A DNA stretch of 14,843 bases from Calditrichia bacterium (lineage in GTDB: Bacteria > Calditrichota > Calditrichia > RBG-13-44-9), in assembly GCA_037381445.1 (NCBI GenBank), contig JARRQT010000154.1:1-14843 (forward strand), written 5' to 3'. Of this stretch, positions 1 to 7,787 are shown one piece after another (the stretch's first letter is position 1; every line of letters starts with the position of its first letter). The notes under the pieces are model-generated. The model ran no database searches. It was not told the DNA's origin and saw nothing but the letters and a program-made list of their open reading frames with translations. A program made the position numbers and the translations under genes.

Positions 1-534
1 ATCAAAATGCACGTTACCATGAACGGCGATCCCGAAAAAGACACCATCAGCAAACTGAAAACGCTGGGCAAACTGCACGGGCAAATTCTGGACACCTGCA
101 TGGGACTGGGCTATACGGCAATCGCCGCCGCGCGGCAGCCGGATGTGCAGGGAGTGACGGTGTGCGAAGCGGACGCCAATATGTTCGCGCTCTGCCGGGA
201 GAATCCCTGGTCCGCCGGACTTTTTGAGAATCCCGCAATTCATCCGGTCCTTAAGCCGGTGCAGGAACATGTGCCTGATATCCCGGATGAATCCGTGAAC
301 GCCGTGATCCACGACCCGCCGCGCTTCGCGCTGGCGCCGGCCCTTTACTCCGAACAGTTCTACCGGCAGTTGTTCAGAATTCTGACCGCGAAAGGCAGAA
401 TGTATCATTATACCGGCGATCCCAACCGCAGAACGCGCCGCAGCAGCCTGCCGCAAAAAACGATGTCGCTTTTAAAAAAGGTGGGTTTCAGAAAAGTCAG
501 GGAAGCCTACTTTGGGGTGATTGCTTTTACATAA
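1..534 (+). CDS. SAM-dependent methyltransferase (COG2521-like), 5'-partial
   Basis: Motif I-like ILDTCMGLGYTA, acidic residue at end of strand 2 (VCEAD), motif IV-like IHDPPRF, HYTG. The frame is open to base 1 (ATC AAA ATG = IKM), so the gene probably starts upstream of the window. Confidence 0.85.
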   Translation: MKMHVTMNGDPEKDTISKLKTLGKLHGQILDTCMGLGYTAIAAARQPDVQGVTVCEADANMFALCRENPWSAGLFENPAIHPVLKPVQEHVPDIPDESVNAVIHDPPRFALAPALYSEQFYRQLFRILTAKGRMYHYTGDPNRRTRRSSLPQKTMSLLKKVGFRKVREAYFGVIAFT

Positions 535-550
535 CCCGCCAGTCTCTGCC

Positions 551-961
551 TCAATAAAGCGGTAAATCATCCGGCGCCGCCGGCCCTGCCTCCAGCCCGT
601 CCTGTAACTCTTCCTCCCGAATGAGAATCAGAATGGCGCTCTGGGGAATGATGATATAGTTCTCGTCCTCATATTTAATTTCCACCCCGGCCTTCTGAAG
701 GAACAGCGCATAGTCGCCCGCTTTGGCCTGCACGGGCAGGAACTTCATCTCCTTGGGCTCCCGCTTCCAGGGTTCATCGGACAGGTCGGCCGGATCGGCG
801 AGGGGTATTCCCTGCCCGGTCCGGACCACGGTGCCGCCAATAACTTCTTCTTTCGCTTTTACGGTCTGCGGCAAATAAAGCCCCACTTTGGTCCGCTCTT
901 CGGTCAGATCGGGCCGGATGAGCACCCGGTCGCCGGTGACAATCAGTCTTTTCTGCTTCAT
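551..961 (-). CDS. GroES/Cpn10-family paralogue (136 aa) with an internal EPWK-containing insertion and acidic C-terminal tail
   Basis: GDRVLIRP, mobile-loop-like TKVGLYLP, GTVVRTG, GDYALF, YIIIPQSAIL. Start placed at ATG 961, which follows a GGGAG RBS, not at the ORF-track start 1045. Confidence 0.85.
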   Translation of the reverse strand: MKQKRLIVTGDRVLIRPDLTEERTKVGLYLPQTVKAKEEVIGGTVVRTGQGIPLADPADLSDEPWKREPKEMKFLPVQAKAGDYALFLQKAGVEIKYEDENYIIIPQSAILILIREEELQDGLEAGPAAPDDLPLY

Positions 962-983
962 ATCGCTCCCTGTTTTCAGCCAT

Positions 984-1012
984 AACATAACAAATTTGGG
1001 TTGACAAATCAA
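984..1012 (-). promoter_or_regulatory. Sigma70-type promoter for the GroES paralogue
   Basis: On the minus strand: TTGATT (1012-1007), 17 bp spacer, TG-n extension, TATGTT (989-984). Same shape as the tRNA promoter at 12699. Confidence 0.6.
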
Positions 1013-1030
1013 TTCCCAAGGAAATATCAT
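1001..1030 (+). promoter_or_regulatory. Sigma70-type promoter for the 1175 operon
   Basis: TTGACA (1001-1006), 18 bp spacer, TATCAT (1025-1030). Overlaps the divergent promoter. Confidence 0.6.
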
Positions 1031-1174
1031 TCCTCCCCAAAACATACCCGATTTATTTCATCCCCCGCCGCTTCCGAAAAAAGCTTCCGGGCCGGACGGA
1101 CATGTGTATCAGAATATTCTTTCCCTTACCGTAAAAAATTTCTATATTTTTGCAGAACATGAAAGTGATCGTGT

Positions 1175-2170
1175 ATGCTGAATTCTAAAAATTTGCGGAT
1201 CTTTGCGGGATTTCTGCTTGCTGCCCTTCTTTTTAATTGCGCCCCCGAAGCTCCCCACAGCAATCCGCTGGACCCATATAATAAAGCCAACAGCGCTTCC
1301 GGCATCCTTCTGGAAGGCAGGGTGATGGAGAAGAACCAGCCCCATCTGCCGCTGGACAGCTGCATGGTAATCCTCTCCCCGGAGCAGAAATTTACCAGCA
1401 CCGATGCCGCGGGCAGTTTTTCCTTTGATAATCTGACGCCCGGTGAATATCAGCTCGTTATTCAGAGGCACGGCTATGCATCCGATACCACCCGCTTTGC
1501 CACGGACACCCTGAAAAGCGATCCGCTGAATTTTTATCTCAACGGCAATCCCTTTCTGATCCGATCTCAATTTTTCAGTGAATTCATCGACCAGTGGTGG
1601 CCCGATCCTTTCTTCCTGGTAAAATTCGGTGCCATCTTCGACGATCCGGACGGCGCAGCGGATATCAGCGACGTCACTTTCACCATGCCGGACGCGGGCA
1701 TCACCAAGGTCTTCGAAAAAACTGCCCGTCCGGACAGCTTTTTCGTGCAGCTGGACGCCACCGACTTTCCCGATAACAACGTTTTCGAGATGGTGGGGAA
1801 AGGCGCTCAAATCATTGCCAGGGACAAATCGGGGGCCGTCACCTCCAGCGGACCTTTTTACCTCTACCGGATTATCGATACGTCCCCCGCGCCGCTGCAG
1901 CCGGCCGGAATGGACACCGCCAGCGCCAGGCCGCTGCTGCACTGGGAATCTTACCGGGCATCGTTCGCATTCACATACGAAATTTCCATGTTTTTTGTGA
2001 ATGCGGGAATCCCGGTGCTGATTCATTCCCGAAAAGCGATTTCGTCCGGTGAAACGGAATACCAGTATCCCGATTCGCTGGCGGCCGGCCAGTATTTCTG
2101 GACCATCGGGGTACGGGACAACCTGGGAAATTTCAGCCGTTCCAAAGAGGCCTCGTTTCTGGTCCAATAG
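1175..2170 (+). CDS. Lipoprotein with a carboxypeptidase-regulatory-like beta-sandwich and further Ig/FnIII-like domains
   Basis: Signal peptide with lipobox LFNC, followed by NPLDP. Pattern LEGRV...TSTDAAGSFSFDNLTPGEYQLVIQRHGY. C-terminal LAAGQYFWTIGVRDNLGNFS is FnIII-like. Confidence 0.75.
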   Translation: MLNSKNLRIFAGFLLAALLFNCAPEAPHSNPLDPYNKANSASGILLEGRVMEKNQPHLPLDSCMVILSPEQKFTSTDAAGSFSFDNLTPGEYQLVIQRHGYASDTTRFATDTLKSDPLNFYLNGNPFLIRSQFFSEFIDQWWPDPFFLVKFGAIFDDPDGAADISDVTFTMPDAGITKVFEKTARPDSFFVQLDATDFPDNNVFEMVGKGAQIIARDKSGAVTSSGPFYLYRIIDTSPAPLQPAGMDTASARPLLHWESYRASFAFTYEISMFFVNAGIPVLIHSRKAISSGETEYQYPDSLAAGQYFWTIGVRDNLGNFSRSKEASFLVQ

Positions 2171-2201
2171 AAAAAGAATTAACAAACCCGTAAAGGGAAA
2201 G

Positions 2202-3680
2202 ATGGATATACCGCAGCAATATCTGAGCGCCCTGGTTGAAATCAGTCAGCAGATTAACTCCATCCGGGAGCCGGAGGAGCTTCTGCAGAATATTCTGAAT
2301 ATCGCTCTGCAGCAGCTTTCCGCTGAGCGGGGATTCATCCTGCTGAAAGACGGAAGCGGCGGGGAAGATTTCGTGCCGCGCGCCGCCCGCAATATAGAGG
2401 CCCACAAAATCAGCGAAGTGAAAGACATCTCCCATTCCACCGTGGAAAAAGTGCTGGAAACTGTCCGGCCCATCCTGACCTTTGACGCCCTATCCGACGA
2501 GCGGTTCGACGAATCGCAGAGCGTGATTATGCATCAGATCCGCTCCATTGCCTGCGTCCCGCTGGTGCTGAAGGGTGAACTCCTGGGGGCCATCTACATC
2601 GACAGCCGGGGCCAGAAAGCCCGCTTTTCCCGGCAGAGCCTGGATTTTCTGCAGGCGTTCGCCAACCAGGCGGCCGTGGCGCTGGAAAATGTCCGCCTCC
2701 TGGCGCAGTTGCAGCAGGAAAACGCGCTGCTGAAAGAGGAATTCCACCGCCTGTATGCCTTCAAGGAAATTGTGGGGAAAAGCAAGGCCATGGAGCGGGT
2801 GTTCCAGTTGATGGGCAAGGTCCTGAATAACGACGCCACGGTCCTGCTGCTGGGAGAAACCGGCACCGGAAAGGAACTGGTGGCGCGGGCCATCCATTAC
2901 AACGGGCCGAGGGCCGGCAGATCATTTGTGCCGGTGAACTGCGGCGCCATTCCGGAGAACCTCATCGAGAGCGAACTTTTCGGGCACAAAAAGGGCGCAT
3001 TCACCGGCGCCATCGCCGATAAGAAGGGGCTGATCGAAATGGCGGACGGCGGCACCCTGTTCCTGGACGAGATTGCCGAACTGCCGCTGAACATGCAGGT
3101 AAAGCTGCTGCGCTTCCTGCAGGACCAGCAGTTCACGCCGGTCGGAGAGGTACGCAGCCGGCAGGCCGATGTGCGCATTATCGCCGCCACCCACCGCAAT
3201 CTGCAGGAGAACATCCGGGACGGGCTGTTCCGGGAGGACCTTTTCTACCGGCTGAACGTCATTTCCATCCGCATACCGGCGCTGCGGGAAAGGGCAAGGG
3301 ATATTCCCCTGCTGGTCAGCCATTTTCTGACCAAATACAGCGATAAGCTGTCCAAAAACATCGGCGGCGTTTCCGGCGCCGCCATGGAAATTCTGACCCG
3401 CTACGACTGGCCGGGAAATGTGCGGGAACTGGAGAACACCATCGAGCGCGCGGTGGTGATTGCCGCCGGGCCCAAAATCACGCCGGAGGACCTGATGATG
3501 ACCGCTCCCGCCAAATCCCCGGACGAGATCACCGCCGGCATGACGCTGGAAGATATTTCCCGCATTCTTCTTGAAAAAACCATGGAAGCCACCGAAGGCA
3601 ACAAAACCAGAACCGCCGAGATGATGGAGGTTTCGCTGCGCTGGGTGCACTACAAAACCAAAGAATGGGGGCTTTCCTGA
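2202..3680 (+). CDS. Sigma54-dependent transcriptional activator (GAF-AAA+-Fis-type HTH; NifA/FhlA-like architecture)
   Basis: N-terminal GAF (IRSIACVPL...LGAIYID...AFANQAAVALEN), Walker A GETGTGKE, ESELFGHKKGAFTGA, Walker B FLDEI, REDLFYRL, WPGNVRELEN, C-terminal GNKTRTAEMMEVS. Start placed at ATG 2202; the 2049 start would overlap the upstream gene. Confidence 0.95.
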   Translation: MDIPQQYLSALVEISQQINSIREPEELLQNILNIALQQLSAERGFILLKDGSGGEDFVPRAARNIEAHKISEVKDISHSTVEKVLETVRPILTFDALSDERFDESQSVIMHQIRSIACVPLVLKGELLGAIYIDSRGQKARFSRQSLDFLQAFANQAAVALENVRLLAQLQQENALLKEEFHRLYAFKEIVGKSKAMERVFQLMGKVLNNDATVLLLGETGTGKELVARAIHYNGPRAGRSFVPVNCGAIPENLIESELFGHKKGAFTGAIADKKGLIEMADGGTLFLDEIAELPLNMQVKLLRFLQDQQFTPVGEVRSRQADVRIIAATHRNLQENIRDGLFREDLFYRLNVISIRIPALRERARDIPLLVSHFLTKYSDKLSKNIGGVSGAAMEILTRYDWPGNVRELENTIERAVVIAAGPKITPEDLMMTAPAKSPDEITAGMTLEDISRILLEKTMEATEGNKTRTAEMMEVSLRWVHYKTKEWGLS

Positions 3681-3681
3681 A

Positions 3682-5427
3682 ATGAAACCGCCCCTCCCCT
3701 TTCAGCAAATCAATGAGTTCCGGCTCCTGTCCGTGATACAGGACAGCCCCTTTTCCATCTCTCTGAGGGGATATCAGCCGGCGCTGAAACGGCCGGTTTT
3801 CATAAAACTGCTGAAGCCGCAGGTAAAGGACCACGCCGAGTGGGCGGCCCGCTTCACGCGGGAAGCGCAGGTAAGCGCCCGGCTGCGGCATCCAAATATC
3901 GTGGATGTCTATACCATCGGGGAGATAGACGGCTACACCTACATGGCCATGGAATTTGTGCCGGGGCTCAGCCTGAAAGAGCTTCTGGAGCGCGAGAAAT
4001 CCCTGCCCCTTCCGTTATCGTCCCATATCTTTTCCCGGCTGCTGCGGGCCCTCGAATTTTCCCATGAAAACGGCATCATTCACCGGGACGTGAAGCCCGG
4101 CAACATTTTACTGGATGTAAACGGAAACGTAAAACTGACCGATTTCGGCCTGGCCCACCTGGGCGAAGAATCCACCATGACCCAACAGGGCGCCATTTTG
4201 GGCAGTCCCGCCTACATGGCGCCGGAACAGATCACCGGCGAACCGCTCTTCCCCGCCGCCGATTTCTTTGCCGCGGGCGTCACGCTCTACGAGATGCTGA
4301 GCGGCGTGAAGCCGTTTTCAGGCGAGAATTATTCGGTCTGCATCCAAAAAATACTGAATGAGACGCCGCCGCCACCCTCCGAAATCGTGGAAGGACTGCC
4401 GCGGCAGGCGGACGGTCTTATTCTTCAGCTTCTGGAAAAGGACGCCGCCAAACGGCCTTCCTGCGCCGCGGAAATCCTGGCAGCCATTTCACAGTTTATT
4501 ACGCCCCAAGAAGAAGCAGGGGCCACGGAATCACTGCGGGAGCTGGTGCGGAAACATTACACGCCTGACGCTGAAAATCCTGATTTCAGGGATGAATCAC
4601 AGCCGGCATCAAAAAAAGAACAGGATGAACCGGCGATTTCTGCAGCGAAGAGAAAGACGGTCTACTTTACCGCGACTTTTGTTATCATAGCGGTCTTTGC
4701 CCTCTTTCTGTGGAAACCGTGGGGAAATTTTCAGGAAAACCGGAACAGCGCAATCCCTGCCACGGTTTCGCGGGCGGACAGTTCCGCTGCAGACGGGCAG
4801 ATGTTCACTGAAAATTCCGGCGCCGACACTATTATACGGAATGCCCGGAGTGAACAGACTGCGGAAAACAGGCCCGCTCCCGCAACTTCCAGGCATTCCC
4901 CGGCAAAGACAAATTCCTCCGGCGACAGCCTGCGCCATGATTTGGCTAACAATTCAAAAATGGCGGCGACCGGTCCGTCACATGAAAATGCAGCGCTCCC
5001 GGACAGCGCTTTCCTGGAACTGAAGATCACTCCCTGGGCTTCCGTCACGCTGGACGGGCAGATGGTGGACTCCATGGCCAGCCTGTCGCGGCTGGCGGTC
5101 CCGGCCGGTGAGCATCTGCTGGTCCTCAATCACCCCGAATTTCCGCCCAAAGTTCTGGACATCAAAACCGCGCCCGGCGAAACGCGTCCGATCAATTTTT
5201 CCTTCCTGCAGAATGCCGGTTTTCTTTCCGTGGAAGTGCGGCCCTGGGCGGAAGTCTACATCGACGGGAAATTGCTGGATTCCACGCCGCTGGAGCGGCC
5301 TATCATTCTGGGCGGCGGGGAGCATGTTCTGGAACTGAAGCACCCGGAATTTCAGACCTTCCGCCAGGTTTTGACCATCACCGCGGGCGATACGCTCCGG
5401 ATTAAAAAGAACCTGACCGCACGATGA
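3682..5427 (+). CDS. Membrane-anchored Hanks-type Ser/Thr protein kinase with extracytoplasmic PEGA-like repeats
   Basis: VFIK, RFTRE, HPNIV, HRDVKPGN, DFG, GSPAYMAPE. One TM helix (VYFTATFVIIAVFALFLW), a low-complexity linker, then two PWAxVxxDG...GEHxLxLxHPEF repeats. Starts 1 nt after the activator stop. Confidence 0.92.
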   Translation: MKPPLPFQQINEFRLLSVIQDSPFSISLRGYQPALKRPVFIKLLKPQVKDHAEWAARFTREAQVSARLRHPNIVDVYTIGEIDGYTYMAMEFVPGLSLKELLEREKSLPLPLSSHIFSRLLRALEFSHENGIIHRDVKPGNILLDVNGNVKLTDFGLAHLGEESTMTQQGAILGSPAYMAPEQITGEPLFPAADFFAAGVTLYEMLSGVKPFSGENYSVCIQKILNETPPPPSEIVEGLPRQADGLILQLLEKDAAKRPSCAAEILAAISQFITPQEEAGATESLRELVRKHYTPDAENPDFRDESQPASKKEQDEPAISAAKRKTVYFTATFVIIAVFALFLWKPWGNFQENRNSAIPATVSRADSSAADGQMFTENSGADTIIRNARSEQTAENRPAPATSRHSPAKTNSSGDSLRHDLANNSKMAATGPSHENAALPDSAFLELKITPWASVTLDGQMVDSMASLSRLAVPAGEHLLVLNHPEFPPKVLDIKTAPGETRPINFSFLQNAGFLSVEVRPWAEVYIDGKLLDSTPLERPIILGGGEHVLELKHPEFQTFRQVLTITAGDTLRIKKNLTAR

Positions 5428-5443
5428 TGGCATATTATTTGAT
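5428..5443 (+). promoter_or_regulatory. Candidate sigma54 (-24/-12) promoter for the Kelch gene
   Basis: TGGCAT-ATTAT-TTGAT, with GG-N10-GA spacing (A in place of the canonical -12 C), immediately after the kinase stop and upstream of the GGAGA RBS. Confidence 0.55.
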
Positions 5444-5468
5444 TTTTCTGAACGGAGAGAGATAAATT

Positions 5469-6725
5469 ATGGAAGATAAAATGCAAAATTTGCAGCGCTG
5501 TTTTTTGACATTCTTTATCCTGCTGGGATTTTCCTCCCTTTTCGGCCAGCAGTGGCAGTATAAAACACCCATGCCTACCGCCCGCAAAGGCATGGCAGCC
5601 GCGGTGCTGGACCATAAAATCTGGGTCATGGGGGGACGAAAGATGGGACCGGCAGTTTTGAACACGGTGGAGGTCTATGATCCCGCCGCAGACAGTTGGG
5701 AGAATGAAGTCCCCCAGCTGCTGCATGCCCGCGAAAACGCCTCCGCCCAGGTATGGGAAAACAAAATATATATTTTCGGCGGAGCGGCCGGCAATCAGCC
5801 GGTGAGCGAGGTAGAGTGCTACGATCCCGAAAAAGAAAGCTGGGAGGTCATTACCCATATGCCTACGCCGCGTTTCGGCATGGCCTCCGTGATGGTGGAT
5901 TCCAGCATCTGGCTGATCGGCGGTGCCGATTCACCCGTCACGTTTTCGAAAGTCATTGAAATCTATCATCCCCGGGAGAACAGCTGGGAGACGCTCCCTG
6001 CCCAGCTCAACACGCCCCGCGGCGACCCCATGGCGGCTGTGCTGATGAACCGGGTGTTCGTGTTCGGCGGCCATTTCTACGGGCCTATTGCCAGCGTTGA
6101 ATTTTACAGCCTTCTCGCTCAGAACTGGATAGAACTGGGAAATATGCCGGTGCATTGCGGCAGCGCCGGATACACGCGGGTGGACGACCGGGTGCTTCTT
6201 ATCGGCGGACTGGGACCGAACGGCATCCTGCCCAACATGCAGATCTTTCGTTTCAGCCTGGAGAAACCGGAATGGAGCCAGGGGCCGGCACTGAACACGC
6301 CCCGGCGGGAGCTGGCCGTGGATGATAAAATTTACGCCATCGGCGGCAGCGAAGCGCCCGGCGGTATGAGCGGCACCGCCGTCTACGATGTGGTTGAGGA
6401 GCTGGATGCGCTGGTCGGGATCGAACCGCCGGTCAGGCAGAATCCCGAAAGCTATGCCCTGCTGGGGAATTATCCCAATCCGTTCAATTCCGGCACCGTT
6501 ATCCGGCTGCAGATCCCGGCCGAAGACAAAATTCAGTTGAAGGTTTATGATATTCTGGGCCGGGAAGTGGCCCTGCTCTACCGCGGAAGCATCACGCCGG
6601 GGGCATATACCTTCCCCTTTTCCGGCACAAATTCCGCTGGTGCCGAGCTGCCTTCCGCCGTATATTTCGTGAGGCTGGAGGGACAGAAGTATTTTCAGAC
6701 CCATAAAATATTTTTGATGAGATAG
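5469..6725 (+). CDS. Secreted Kelch beta-propeller protein with Por/T9SS-type-A/FlgD-like C-terminal domain
   Basis: Signal peptide. Six Kelch repeats (R...IxxxGG...VExYDP...W). C-terminal NYPNPFNSGTVI...VYDILGREVALL...SAVYFVRL...KIFLMR. Confidence 0.9.
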   Translation: MEDKMQNLQRCFLTFFILLGFSSLFGQQWQYKTPMPTARKGMAAAVLDHKIWVMGGRKMGPAVLNTVEVYDPAADSWENEVPQLLHARENASAQVWENKIYIFGGAAGNQPVSEVECYDPEKESWEVITHMPTPRFGMASVMVDSSIWLIGGADSPVTFSKVIEIYHPRENSWETLPAQLNTPRGDPMAAVLMNRVFVFGGHFYGPIASVEFYSLLAQNWIELGNMPVHCGSAGYTRVDDRVLLIGGLGPNGILPNMQIFRFSLEKPEWSQGPALNTPRRELAVDDKIYAIGGSEAPGGMSGTAVYDVVEELDALVGIEPPVRQNPESYALLGNYPNPFNSGTVIRLQIPAEDKIQLKVYDILGREVALLYRGSITPGAYTFPFSGTNSAGAELPSAVYFVRLEGQKYFQTHKIFLMR

Positions 6726-6737
6726 CTGCAAGAGAGA

Positions 6738-7547
6738 TTGAAAATACATTACAAATATTTTTTTCCGCTTATTTTCATTCTGGTTATCGGCATGTCCGCA
6801 GGCGCAGCCGCCGCGGGCGGTCAGGAGGAAAGCGGCAGCGATCTGGTAAGGCAGCTCATTGACGCCTACAACCGCTTCGATTATCAGAAATCCTCGGAAC
6901 TGCTGAGCATTGCCTTTCAGCACATGGACAAATTTCCGCCGGCAGACCAGAAAGATATCTACCAGTACGCCGCCTTCATCGCGTTTCAGAACGGCAATTC
7001 CACGCTGGCGGAAAACCATTTCTGGCACCTGCTGGAAATCGATCCCACCTATACGCCCGACCCGGTTACCACCGCGCCCAAACTTCTGACCCTGTTCCAA
7101 AAAACCAAGATAGAATTTCTGGAGGACATGAACCAGCGGCTGCAGAAAATCCGCGTGCCGGAACAGAAACGGGACATCCCCTGGCGGGGCATTCTGCTGC
7201 CCGGCTGGGAACAGTGGCACCGGGGATACCGCAGCCGGGCCGCTGTTTTCATCGGTGCGGCTGCCATTTCGGCGGGCGGCTTCGTCTATTCCGCCATTCA
7301 GGCTCATAACAAAAAATCCTCTTATGAAGAGGCGGCAACGCCCGGCGCAGCGGCTTCGTTTTATGACGATTACAATCAATATTACCGGCAGCAGTACTAT
7401 TTCGGGTATGCCTTTGCGGCGGTCTGGGCGCTTTCGCAGATCGATTTGTCCGTCTGGAGTCATCCGGACGCTACCCTTCGCCTGCAGGCAGCCGGCGCTC
7501 AATATACCCGCTTCTCCCCCGGGCTGTCCCTGAAGATAAAGTTCTGA
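6738..7547 (+). CDS. Exported hypothetical protein: TPR-like helical N-domain plus membrane-associated C-domain ending in Phe
   Basis: TTG start and signal peptide. Helical region with LLEIDPTYTPDP; ILLPGWEQW motif followed by a hydrophobic segment; C-terminal GLSLKIKF. Fills the gap in a same-strand operon. Confidence 0.75.
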   Translation: MKIHYKYFFPLIFILVIGMSAGAAAAGGQEESGSDLVRQLIDAYNRFDYQKSSELLSIAFQHMDKFPPADQKDIYQYAAFIAFQNGNSTLAENHFWHLLEIDPTYTPDPVTTAPKLLTLFQKTKIEFLEDMNQRLQKIRVPEQKRDIPWRGILLPGWEQWHRGYRSRAAVFIGAAAISAGGFVYSAIQAHNKKSSYEEAATPGAAASFYDDYNQYYRQQYYFGYAFAAVWALSQIDLSVWSHPDATLRLQAAGAQYTRFSPGLSLKIKF

Positions 7548-7589
7548 ATCCCTCAATTCCCGCTCCCTTTTCCGACTCCATTTTCCACC

Positions 7590-7645
7590 CTGCAAATTTT
7601 GCAGCCCGCTTTGCAGATAATGCACTGCGCGGTGTATAAACTAAA
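7590..7645. promoter_or_regulatory. Candidate upstream activator sequences (tandem TGCA-N5-TGCA boxes)
   Basis: CTGCAAATTTTGCAG perfect dyad (7590-7604), TGCAGATAATGCA (7612-7624) and degenerate TGTATAAACTAAA (7633-7645). Boxes start at 7591, 7612 and 7633, a 21 bp period. Confidence 0.65.
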
Positions 7646-7731
7646 TTCTTGCGGCCGTGAAAATTAAATGGCCCTCCCAAATTTTCAAGGTATATCACGA
7701 AAAATTGCTCTCTGCCTTTTCCGGACTTCTC

Positions 7732-7747
7732 TGGCATCAAAATTGAA
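7732..7747 (+). promoter_or_regulatory. Candidate sigma54 (-24/-12) promoter for the 7788 gene
   Basis: TGGCAT-CAAAA-TTGAA with GG-N10-GA spacing, about 40 bp upstream of the ATG. AGAGGAG RBS at 7774-7780 and phased dyads upstream. Confidence 0.65.
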
Positions 7748-7787
7748 CTTATGACCAGAGAACGAAACTAATTAGAGGAGAATAGCA

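Noticed and set aside
962..1100. CIRCE/HrcA operator upstream of either groES gene
   Set aside because: No TTAGCACTC-N9-GAGTGCTAA match seen here or at 10565-10700.
1142..2185. 347-aa minus-strand ORF (likewise 2922-3650 and 7749-8843)
   Set aside because: Each mirrors a well-supported plus-strand gene and lacks domain signatures.
2049..2201. N-terminal extension of the sigma54 activator in the ORF track
   Set aside because: Overlaps the lipoprotein gene and reads as non-protein-like; ATG 2202 begins the GAF region.
5931..7625. 564-aa minus-strand ORF
   Set aside because: Antisense shadow of the Kelch and 6738 genes; no recognisable motifs, and long antisense ORFs are common with GC-biased codon usage.
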